Shown piece after piece: positions 33,808 through 42,510 of a stretch of DNA of 64,000 bases; within the stretch, counting starts at the first letter, position 1; each line of letters opens with the position of its first letter. The stretch is from positions 240,657 through 304,656 of the forward strand of contig NW_013657634.1 of assembly GCF_000142905.1 (NCBI RefSeq), read 5' to 3'. Under the pieces are notes generated by a model. It searched no databases, had not been told where the DNA came from, and saw nothing but the letters and a program-made list of their open reading frames with translations. The translations under genes and the position numbers were made by a program. This DNA comes from Thecamonas trahens ATCC 50062. Taxonomy: Eukaryota > Protista > Apusomonadida.

Positions 33808-33845
33808 ATACATACATACATACATACATACATACATACATACAT
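33808..33845 (+). repeat. (CATA)n microsatellite in the divergent PDI/ALG9 intergenic region
   Basis: Read directly from the sequence. Confidence 0.9.
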
Positions 33846-34174
33846 GCGTATGTGTATACTTACGTTTTCACACGCACATGTGTGCGCACCTCTCTGATCA
33901 CACACCCCTCCCATGTCTTCCTCCTCCCACGCGATCATCATCGCCTCAATCACCATCGCAGGCTGCAGAGGTAGGCCACATGACGATGACGGGCTGGCAG
34001 ATATACCATCGCACATGACCAGCATCACTGGCCACTTACACCTTCCGGCGGTCGGTCCGGCCGATGCCACGCGGGTGACTTGGTCCCCCCCCAAAGGCTC
34101 AGCACTGTGTCGACCGACACGGCTGGTCACGACACGCGACTCGTGGCCACAGTACCGATAGACAAACAGGTGAC

Positions 34175-36040
34175 ATGGGTCGGTACTACCGGGTATGGAG
34201 CCCAAGCAGTGGGACGTTCCGCAAGGCACTGCTTGTGGCGCTTGTGATGGCTGTCTTCATGGCACCCATTCCCGACTGTGACGAGGTGTTCAACTACTGG
34301 GAGCCGCTCCACTACCTCATCCATGGCACCGGTCTGCAGACATGGGAGTACGCCTCGCAGTATGCCCTCCGCTCGTATGCTTATCTCCTGGCTCATGCGC
34401 CACCTCTGGCTCTTCCTCTGGTGCTTAATGCTACTATTGGCTTGGGATCGCTCGCTGATGGCCGTCACTACCCTTCGGCTCCTGTGGCTGACTCGGCATG
34501 GGCTCCCGTCTGGACACGCTCGCTCCCGGGTGATGCCAACGTCAAGCTCCTGCAGTTCTTTGCCCTCCGCCTGGTTCTTGTCATTCTTGCCATATACGTT
34601 TTCTCGGCATTGTACTATGTCCTCGCGCAGCGGCTGCGTTTCTCCCACATTCCGATCTTTGTCCTCGTCTTTATGGCCCTCGCCCCGGGCCTCTTCCTCG
34701 CTGTCCCGGCCTTTGTTCCCTCATCAACTGCCATGGTCGCGCTCACTGCCGCATACGCCGCGTTTCTGGATCGCCGCGAGGCGCTAGCGGTGGCGCTTGT
34801 CGGTGTCGCCGGCCTTGTTGCCTGGCCCTTTGCCGCTTGGGCCGGCGTTCCCATCGCGCTGCACATGATGTTCCTCGGCCCGTCGCCGCTACCGATTGTC
34901 CGCCGCGTCGTCAAGTTTGTCGGCTTTGCTCTCCTCGCCGGCACCGTGCTCATCGGCCTCCTTCTTGCCATTGACTCGTCGTTCTACGGGTCTCCGGTCC
35001 TCGCCCCGCTCAACATTGTGATGTACAACGTGCTCGCCACCGCTGCCTCTGGCGGCGGCTCGGAGCTCTACGGTACCGAGCCGTGGCACTACTATATCCG
35101 CAACGGCATCGTCAACTTTAACCTTGCATTTGTCCTCGGCCTGCTTGGTCCGTTCCTCACTGTCCTCCCCGGCTGGCTCAGCCACTACAACCTTGTCTGC
35201 GGCCCGTCCCCGGCGTTCCGCTCTCGGCTCGCGGCGTACTTGTGGTCGATCTGGGCCTGGCTCGGCCTCATGCTCGCCCAGCCGCACAAGGAGGAGCGGT
35301 TCCTCTACCCGATCTATCCCGCGCTCTGTGTGTCGGCAGCTGTGACGCTTGCCTGCGGCGCATCGCTCCTCGACAGTGTGCTGGCCAAGTGCAGCGGCGA
35401 CGGTGACGCCGGCAGCAGCGCCGATGACGACGACGGCAAGGCTGCGTTTGTCACCCGCGCCTCGCTCACTTCGACGCTGGTGTGGATGATCTTGGCGCTC
35501 TTTGCCCTGCTCGCTGTCTCGCGGTCGGTGGTGATGGTGGTGGGCTACGGTGCGCCGCTCGAGGTCTACACCCATCTTGCCAACACCGAGTTTGATCCGG
35601 CGTTCCGCGCCGCGCTTCCGGTCAACGCCTCGGTCGCCGTCTGCGTCGGCAAAGAGTGGTACCGCTTCCCGTCCCACTTTTTCTTCCCGGACGCCCGTTT
35701 CGCGCTCCATTTTATCGACGGTGGCTTTGGCGGCCTTCTCCCGCAGGCGTACGCGCCGTATCCGGACGGGCTCAGCCGGCACGTGCCAGCCATGAACGAT
35801 CGCAACGCCGCCGAGCCTTCTCGGTACGTTGCCGTCGACAACTGTGCCTACGTGGTCGATCTAGTCCTCTCGCCCGCCGACGACCTCGCTGCCCGCCAGC
35901 CAGAGACCTGGACCACTATTCTCGAGGTTCCGTTCCTCGACGCCGACGCCACGCCGGCATGGGCGCGCGCGTTCTATATCCCGTTCGTCGGGCCCCGCGC
36001 TATGGCATGGAAGCCGTACACCGTCTTCCGTCACAAGTGA
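34175..36040 (+). CDS. ALG9: Alpha-1,2-mannosyltransferase ALG9 (GT22)
   Basis: IPDCDEVFNYWEPLHYL..GLQTWEY..YALRSYAY, LYGTEPWHYY, QPHKEERFLYPIYP, VCVGKEWYRFPSHFF, MNDRNAAEPSRYV. Confidence 0.96.
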   Translation: MGRYYRVWSPSSGTFRKALLVALVMAVFMAPIPDCDEVFNYWEPLHYLIHGTGLQTWEYASQYALRSYAYLLAHAPPLALPLVLNATIGLGSLADGRHYPSAPVADSAWAPVWTRSLPGDANVKLLQFFALRLVLVILAIYVFSALYYVLAQRLRFSHIPIFVLVFMALAPGLFLAVPAFVPSSTAMVALTAAYAAFLDRREALAVALVGVAGLVAWPFAAWAGVPIALHMMFLGPSPLPIVRRVVKFVGFALLAGTVLIGLLLAIDSSFYGSPVLAPLNIVMYNVLATAASGGGSELYGTEPWHYYIRNGIVNFNLAFVLGLLGPFLTVLPGWLSHYNLVCGPSPAFRSRLAAYLWSIWAWLGLMLAQPHKEERFLYPIYPALCVSAAVTLACGASLLDSVLAKCSGDGDAGSSADDDDGKAAFVTRASLTSTLVWMILALFALLAVSRSVVMVVGYGAPLEVYTHLANTEFDPAFRAALPVNASVAVCVGKEWYRFPSHFFFPDARFALHFIDGGFGGLLPQAYAPYPDGLSRHVPAMNDRNAAEPSRYVAVDNCAYVVDLVLSPADDLAARQPETWTTILEVPFLDADATPAWARAFYIPFVGPRAMAWKPYTVFRHK

Positions 36041-36057
36041 ACGCGCGGTGCTTACCG

Positions 36058-37350
36058 TCAGACCCAGACATGCAGGCCGGCCGACGACGCCGTGGCCAGC
36101 GCCACGTTGCGGGCGGTGAGCGCGAGCACGTCTTCGCCGCGGGCCACCCTGCCCTTGGCCGTCTTGGGAATGCCGTACGTCGCAGTCGGCGTGGTCACCT
36201 CGCCCGCCAGCCAGCTCGCCATCGGCACAGCCGCCACCGTTCCGTCGTACGAGACGCTTGCAAGGCTGAACGCGTTGCCCGCCAGCGATGAGACCGCCGA
36301 GCTGTGGTACCGCGCGTTGACCGTCGGCCCGGCGTGCGGCGCCCGCGTGTCGATGGCGTACACGGCATTGTGCGGACGGCCGACCGAAACAACCAGCGTT
36401 TGACCATCGCCGCTCGACGAGAGAATCGGCAGCTCGAGTGCGTGGACGCCTGCGGCGAGGGCCAGCTCGAGCGCAGGCTCGCGCGCTGGTGCGCGCAGGT
36501 CCCAGCACCGCACGTACTTGTCGAGCGAGCCCGAGTAGAGGACCGATGGTGCCGCCGGATCAAAGGCCAGTGCGCGGACCGAGCCGCGATGCGGAAGCGT
36601 CCGCAGAGCGGCGTCGGGCGAGTTGACGTCAAACACCAGCGCCGAGTTGTCGTCCTGCCCACCGCCCGACACGACCCATGGCCGCTGCGCACACGCCGCG
36701 AGCGCAAAGACCGAGTCGGCATGGCCGGTCAGAGTCGCCACCGGCGACGCAGTCTCCAGATCAAACACTAGTGAGCCGCCCAGCTGGCGACCGAGGCCGA
36801 GCGCCACCAGACTCGGCGCGCCCGGCAGGAGACACATCGAGTTGACGGCGTCGCGGTCGGCAACCTGGACTGCGGTCGGGACGAGCTCGACTGGCGAGCG
36901 CCGCCCACGGTCGCCACGGGTACTGCTCCGATTACTTAGCGGTGTGGTGAGGAGCACGCCGCGCTTGCATCCGGCGAGCAGTACGTCCATTGCCGCGTGA
37001 TGGGCCAGGCAGCGGGCGTGGACATCGTCAGCCAGCGCCACTCGCTCCATGGATGCGGCGGCGTCCGGACGCGCCAGCCGGCTCAGCACCCGCATGGTAA
37101 GCCCGTACCGAACAAACCACTCGCTCTCGCGAGAGTCGCTGTCCTCGTCACGCCCATCAGAGCCGCCACTCGTCACGCATCCGTCGCCCATCAGCGGCGC
37201 AAGCTCGCAGGCGTACCGTCGTCGCCACAGTAGCGAGTCGGTAGCGAGCCGGCGCCAGTCGCGCGAGGCGCAGGAGAGGGCAAGGAGGTCACGAGTCGGC
37301 AGAAACTCGCAGATGTACAGCCTTAGCTCGTCAGGAAACCGGTCTATCAT
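36058..37350 (-). CDS. F-box/WD40 repeat protein
   Basis: F-box IDRFPDELRLYICEFLPTRDLLALSCASRDWRRLATDSLLWR; WD repeats LTGHADSVFAL, HRGSVRALAF..YSGSLDKYVRCWD, HSSAVSSL..SVSYDGTV. The ORF is open further up to 37485. Confidence 0.88.
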   Translation of the reverse strand: MIDRFPDELRLYICEFLPTRDLLALSCASRDWRRLATDSLLWRRRYACELAPLMGDGCVTSGGSDGRDEDSDSRESEWFVRYGLTMRVLSRLARPDAAASMERVALADDVHARCLAHHAAMDVLLAGCKRGVLLTTPLSNRSSTRGDRGRRSPVELVPTAVQVADRDAVNSMCLLPGAPSLVALGLGRQLGGSLVFDLETASPVATLTGHADSVFALAACAQRPWVVSGGGQDDNSALVFDVNSPDAALRTLPHRGSVRALAFDPAAPSVLYSGSLDKYVRCWDLRAPAREPALELALAAGVHALELPILSSSGDGQTLVVSVGRPHNAVYAIDTRAPHAGPTVNARYHSSAVSSLAGNAFSLASVSYDGTVAAVPMASWLAGEVTTPTATYGIPKTAKGRVARGEDVLALTARNVALATASSAGLHVWV

Positions 37351-37489
37351 TGTGGTGGTTGGAAACGACGTCCAGCCGCTCTTGGGGCTCTCGGTGTGGC
37401 GACGAGTGGCTCTGTCCGTGGATGGGATCGGCCGGCGGAGGCGGGCGACAGGGATCCGAGCCGATGCAGCTATCGCCATAGTCATGATT

Positions 37490-37771
37490 AGTCGTTGCCC
37501 ATGGTTAGTCGTTGCCCATGGTTAGTCGTTGCCCATGGTTAGTCGTTGCCCATCATCAGTCATTGCCCATCATCAGTCGTTGCCCATCATCAGTCGTTGC
37601 CCATCATCAGTCCTTGCCCATCATCAGTCCTTGCCCACCATCAGTCATTGCCCATCATCAGTCGTTGCCCATCATCAGTCGTTGCCCATCATCACTCGTT
37701 GCCCATCATCACTCGTTGCCCATCATCACTCGTTGCCCATCATCAGTCGTTGCCCATCATCAGTCATTGCC
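37490..37771 (+). repeat. 17-bp minisatellite AGTCGTTGCCCATCATC (first three copies end ATGGTT), ~16.5 copies
   Basis: Contiguous units without spacers, lying between the divergent F-box and myosin genes. Confidence 0.95.
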
Positions 37772-37869
37772 GCCATTCCAACGGCCCAACACCACGTCAC
37801 TGCCACCACCACACACTCACACACACACACATCCACAAACACACACACACACACATCCATACACATACC

Positions 37870-40800
37870 ATGTCGACCCTCCAGATAGGTGACATGTGCT
37901 GGGTGGAGAACCTGGCAGCAGGTACTAGCGGAGGAGAGCAGGCCTCCCATGGCCACCACCCGTCGCGAGTGGCAGGCAAGGTCCTCGCCGTCTCGGACTC
38001 GATGGTGACGGTGGCCCCAGAATGGGGCGAGCTCTGTCCGACCTGTGCCCTCAAGCCGGAGCATACGCCTGCTCATCGTCCGGCAAAGGTCAACGTTCCG
38101 CTGGGAAACTCGGCAGACGCGGGCCAGCTCGCCGTGAGTGTCATGGACACGTCCAACGCCGAGGGGAGGGCAGACATGATGGAGCTGGCTGATCTGGCGG
38201 TGGGCGAGCTGATGTACAACCTGAGGTTGAGGTACAAGGCCCAGCCCATGCAGTTCTACACATATGTCGGGGACATCCTGGTTGTCGTCAATCCCATGGC
38301 GGACATGGGCGTCTCTGGCGAGGAGACAAAGGCTACGTACGCCGGCCTGCCGTTCCGCGATGCGAGCGCCCCGCCGCACATCTACGCCGTCGCCGAGGCT
38401 GCCCACAAGGCGCTCGCCGAGACGGCCGCTCCGCAGGTCATCGTCATCTCGGGCGAGTCTGGCGCTGGCAAGACATACGCCACCAACGACGTGCTCGACT
38501 TTCTGGCCTACCGCGGCAGCGGGTGCGACCCAGCTCCTGCTCCCGGTCCTAACGCTGGCGCTGCTCCTTCTCCGCCCGGGGCGGAGATTGTGGCCAAGAT
38601 CCGGGCTATCTCGGGCGTCATTGAAGCGCTGGGCAATGCCAAGACGTCGCGGAACCACAACTCGTCGCGGTTTGGCAAGCTCGTCAAGGTCCAGTTCGAC
38701 GAGGCCGGGGCCATCGAGGGCGCCGCGCTGCAGACGTACCTACTGGAAAAGTCGCGGATTGTCGACCAACAGCCCGGTGAGCGCAACTACCACATCTTCT
38801 ACCTCATGTTCCAGTTCCTCGACCGCGGTGAGCGGTCGGCGCGCGGTCTCTCGGACTCGGTCGCGGACTACCCGTACCTCGTCGGCTCGCACGGCAAGAA
38901 CGCCAAGTCATGGCAGTACATGCCTAGCGATCCGTCGGCGCCGCAAGCCGGGCTCGAGCCCATGGCCGACGCCAAGCGGTGGGAGGCGTTCATCGACGCT
39001 GTTGTCACGCTTAACCTCGAGGACGATCTCTCGTGCGTGTGGGACACGCTCGCCGCCATCCTGCACCTCGGCACGCTGACTTTTGAGGAGCACGCTGGCT
39101 CTTCGACCGGCTTTTGCACCGTCTCGCCGCCTGGAGTTGTCTCGCGCATTGCAGGCCTCCTCGCTGTCGACGCCGACGCTCTGGCCACCAATCTGCTCTC
39201 GTGCGAGGTCGTCAACATGCGCCGTGCGTACCGACCCGACAAGGCCAAGCAGACCGCCGACGCGCTGGCCAAACTCCTTTACGCCTCGCTCTTTGACGTC
39301 ATCATCGAGCACATCAACGCGTCGATCAAAACCGGCTTCACCCGCCGGTGGATCGGCGTCCTCGACATCTTTGGCTTTGAGTCGTTCCAGTCGCTGCCGG
39401 ACAAGCACGGCGTGCCCGACACCGCCAACCGGTTTGAGCAGCTCTGCATCAACCTCACCAACGAGCGCCTGCAGCGGTTCTTCTACGACCAGCTCATTCC
39501 CAAGCAGCTCGCCCACTACGCCGACCACGGGCTCGACGTCGACGCCATCGAGTACGACGACAACACCCTCTGTGTCAACCTCATCATGGAGGGCCGCAAG
39601 TCGCTCTTTGGCGCCCTCAACAACGCCACCAAGGAGGCTGCCACCCTTCCGGCCTTCCGCAACAACCCGGAGCTTGCCGAGCGGCGCTGGGTCGAGACCA
39701 TCAAGTCGACGTACAAAGGCGGCAAAGGCCGTCTCGCGCCCTCGACCGTAGTCCGCAAGTCCTCGCCCGACGAATTTGTCGGCTGGTTTGATGACAAGCT
39801 TGACTCGCGGGCCCACACCCAGTTTGCCGTCCACCACTACGCTGAAACCGTGTGGTACACCGTCGACGGGTGCGTCGAGAAAAACGCCGACAAGATTGCC
39901 CCCGAGCTTGTCACGCTTGTCTCGTCCTCATCGGCCGCCTTTGTCGCCGGCCTTTTTGATCCGGACCGCCTCGAGCTCAACACCTCGGTTGCCGACAAGT
40001 TTGCCGAGCAGCTGCGGGCACTCGTCTCGCCGGCGTCGTGGAACGTGCCTGGCCACCCGTCGGGCATGCTTGACCTTGCAGCGGAGCCTTTTTTCGTTCG
40101 CTGCGTCAAGCCAATCTGCTCGCGGGTGCCCGGCATGCCGCGTGCGCCGCTCTCCAACCACAAGGTGCTCGACCAGCTGCGGTCCGCCGGTATGTACGCG
40201 GTCATCCAGATGCGGCTTGCCGGCTATGCGTCTGAAGTGGACAAGGCCCAGTTTGTCGAGACCTACACCGAGCTTGTTGACGACATGGCAGCGTTCAACT
40301 CACTCTCGCTTGACAACCAAGTCCGCTCCATTTGTGCATCCGTCGTCGCCTCTACTCAGCACGACTTGACAAGCGAATCCGGCATGGCGCCGTACCAGAT
40401 CGGCAACTCAAACCTGGTCTTCCTCAAGGACGCCATGAACTACGCCCTGCGCGACGCGCTCGCTGCGGCTCGCGCGGCGCGTGCGGCCAAGCAAGCGCTG
40501 GCGCTCTCGCATTTTGCGGCGCTTTTCTCGATGTGGAGCGTCCGCCAGTCGATGCCGCGGCTGGTGCAGGTCTACGAACAGAACCAGGAACGCCTCGAGT
40601 TTATCCGGACCCGCATCGAGGGTGGTGCAAGCGAAGCAGAGGCCAAGGCCGCATGGGACGCCGAGCTCGCCACCCGCGCCGCGGCCATGGAGGCCGAATA
40701 CAAGCTCGAGCATTTTATCCCGCTGCAAAAGGCCGCCGCCGCCGAGCCAGTCGACAAGCTCGACGCCGCCATTGCCAACATGCTCAAGGACGAGCCAGCC

Positions 40801-42507
40801 GGTGAGGCGCGCGCGGCTCTCGAGGCTAGGCGCAAAGCGCTGAAGGCATCGGCCAAGGCGGTTAACGCCGCGCTTGCTGCGCTCGAGGCCGACGTGTACA
40901 ACGCCGAGGCCGAGACCGCTGCCGCAGACGCCATTGCTGACCTGGACGCAGTTGTTCTCGCCGAGGAGGCCGCGTATGCAGAGGACGTCAAGCGGCGCGA
41001 GGCGGCCGCCGCTGCTGCTGCTGAAGCCGCGTACATTGCCACGCATGTGACGTCGGTGGAGACTGCGGCGAACGCGGTGCCGTTCGCCAAGGTCAAGGCC
41101 GCACTCACGGCGTTTGGCAAGCGGCATGCCAACATCCTCGGCAAACGCGAGAACCTTGAGAGCGCACTCCATGCTCATGGGGCCTCGCTCGACGACGCTC
41201 GCGCAGCGCTTGAGGCGCGGCTGGACGAGTTGCGGGCAAGCCCGCATTCAGACGAAGTGCAAGCCGGGGTGGCGACGGCGCTATCGGCGCTCGAGGTGCT
41301 CGTTGGCGGCGTCCACGAGTTCCTGCGGCTGATGGAGGAGCGCGTGGCGATGGCAGCGGCGGCGGAGGAAGCCAAGGAGCGCAAGCGCGAGGCGCGGCGC
41401 AGAAAGCGTGAGGCGCGCGAGGCACGGAAGCGCAAGCTGCTGGAGGCGCGGCAGGCCATGCTCTCGGCGCAGGAGCGAGTGGCCGCGGAGCGGGCGGCGG
41501 AGCGCAAGCGGCAGGAGGAGGCCAAAAAGCGGGCGGTGAAGCTGCTCAAGAAGAAGCAGAAGCGGCGGCTGCGGTGGTTCGAGACAGCAAGCGTGGCCAT
41601 GGACGGCCTGCGTGTCTTGTTCCACCATGCCGAGGCCACGGTGCGGTACCTTGGCCCGCTGCCGTCGGCATCGGTCAACCTCCTCACGGCGCCCTACTAC
41701 ATCGGGCTGGAGATGCCGTATCCGTCGGATTTGTTCAACTCGGGTGACTACGAGGGTACGCAGCTGTTCGAGTGCTCGCCGGAGCATGGCATGTTTGTGG
41801 CGCAGGACTTGGTCTCGGTCCTGGTCGCCAGCGACGAGCTTCGCGCCGGCGAGCGGCATCTGCAGGTCGGCGACCGGGTGTGGCGGCGGAACCATGTTCC
41901 GCTGCAGACCGGCGTCATCATGTACTACGGTGAGACTCACTTTGACGAGGGCCCGTTTGTGGGCATCGCCCTCGACCAGGCCGGCTCTGGCACCAACTCG
42001 GGCCGGGTCCACGGCTTCAAGTACTTTAAGTGCGCCAAGGACTCGGGCCTGTTTCTGCGGCCAGAAGAGCTCGAGCGGATAGAGCCGTGGTCGCACTCTG
42101 TCGTCAAGGAGCGAACCAACGAGTACATGATTCTTAACGACATTTATCTCGACGACGACGAGTACTCGGAGTACGATGGTGACGAGGAGGATGGGACCAG
42201 CTCGCGGGCCAGCTCACGGCCGGCGTCGGGTGACGACTCGTCGTCGGGCGCGGTCTCCGAGACCGTTCTAGACGCCATGGATCCCGACGAGCTCTACGCG
42301 CTTGCCGGTGGCGATGCCATGCTGACCGACGGCGCGTCTGAGCCGCTCTCGTCGGGAGTGCGGCTCAAAAAGTCACGGCTCTCGCGGCGCGGATCGGGCG
42401 CCGGTCGGTCGATGTCGATGCGCAATGTCGAGACAGCGCGGAGTGGACATCTAGTGCCGCCGATGCAGCGGGCGGCGTCGTCGCGAAACCGGATGCGCCG
42501 ACGGTAG
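37870..42507 (+). CDS. Unconventional myosin with helical/SAH tail and two C-terminal CAP-Gly domains
   Basis: ATG at 37870 (MSTLQIGDMCWV). P-loop GESGAGKT, switch I NHNSSRFGK, switch II DIFGFE, FEQLCINLTNERLQ, FAVHHYA, FVRCVKP, VLDQLRSAGM. CAP-Gly motifs ATVRYLG..YIGLEM..NSGDYEGTQLFECSPEHGMFV and LQVGDRV..GVIMYYGETHFDEGPFVGIALD..GTNSGRVHGFKYFKCAKDSGLFL. Confidence 0.92.
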   Translation: MSTLQIGDMCWVENLAAGTSGGEQASHGHHPSRVAGKVLAVSDSMVTVAPEWGELCPTCALKPEHTPAHRPAKVNVPLGNSADAGQLAVSVMDTSNAEGRADMMELADLAVGELMYNLRLRYKAQPMQFYTYVGDILVVVNPMADMGVSGEETKATYAGLPFRDASAPPHIYAVAEAAHKALAETAAPQVIVISGESGAGKTYATNDVLDFLAYRGSGCDPAPAPGPNAGAAPSPPGAEIVAKIRAISGVIEALGNAKTSRNHNSSRFGKLVKVQFDEAGAIEGAALQTYLLEKSRIVDQQPGERNYHIFYLMFQFLDRGERSARGLSDSVADYPYLVGSHGKNAKSWQYMPSDPSAPQAGLEPMADAKRWEAFIDAVVTLNLEDDLSCVWDTLAAILHLGTLTFEEHAGSSTGFCTVSPPGVVSRIAGLLAVDADALATNLLSCEVVNMRRAYRPDKAKQTADALAKLLYASLFDVIIEHINASIKTGFTRRWIGVLDIFGFESFQSLPDKHGVPDTANRFEQLCINLTNERLQRFFYDQLIPKQLAHYADHGLDVDAIEYDDNTLCVNLIMEGRKSLFGALNNATKEAATLPAFRNNPELAERRWVETIKSTYKGGKGRLAPSTVVRKSSPDEFVGWFDDKLDSRAHTQFAVHHYAETVWYTVDGCVEKNADKIAPELVTLVSSSSAAFVAGLFDPDRLELNTSVADKFAEQLRALVSPASWNVPGHPSGMLDLAAEPFFVRCVKPICSRVPGMPRAPLSNHKVLDQLRSAGMYAVIQMRLAGYASEVDKAQFVETYTELVDDMAAFNSLSLDNQVRSICASVVASTQHDLTSESGMAPYQIGNSNLVFLKDAMNYALRDALAAARAARAAKQALALSHFAALFSMWSVRQSMPRLVQVYEQNQERLEFIRTRIEGGASEAEAKAAWDAELATRAAAMEAEYKLEHFIPLQKAAAAEPVDKLDAAIANMLKDEPAGEARAALEARRKALKASAKAVNAALAALEADVYNAEAETAAADAIADLDAVVLAEEAAYAEDVKRREAAAAAAAEAAYIATHVTSVETAANAVPFAKVKAALTAFGKRHANILGKRENLESALHAHGASLDDARAALEARLDELRASPHSDEVQAGVATALSALEVLVGGVHEFLRLMEERVAMAAAAEEAKERKREARRRKREAREARKRKLLEARQAMLSAQERVAAERAAERKRQEEAKKRAVKLLKKKQKRRLRWFETASVAMDGLRVLFHHAEATVRYLGPLPSASVNLLTAPYYIGLEMPYPSDLFNSGDYEGTQLFECSPEHGMFVAQDLVSVLVASDELRAGERHLQVGDRVWRRNHVPLQTGVIMYYGETHFDEGPFVGIALDQAGSGTNSGRVHGFKYFKCAKDSGLFLRPEELERIEPWSHSVVKERTNEYMILNDIYLDDDEYSEYDGDEEDGTSSRASSRPASGDDSSSGAVSETVLDAMDPDELYALAGGDAMLTDGASEPLSSGVRLKKSRLSRRGSGAGRSMSMRNVETARSGHLVPPMQRAASSRNRMRRR

Positions 42508-42510
42508 CAG

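Noticed and set aside
37490-37771. Minisatellites (also 57046-57171 and 9002-9069) as CRISPR arrays
   Set aside because: Units are contiguous with no unique spacers, there are no cas genes, and the context is eukaryotic.
37546-37869. ORF-track N-terminal extensions of myosin, HEATR5 (8711-8989), MVP (28263-), TMCO4 (46488-), La (to 54218) and TMEM175 (to 55657)
   Set aside because: They translate satellites, C/A- or G-rich UTRs, introns or N-gaps. Better ATGs and splice sites exist.
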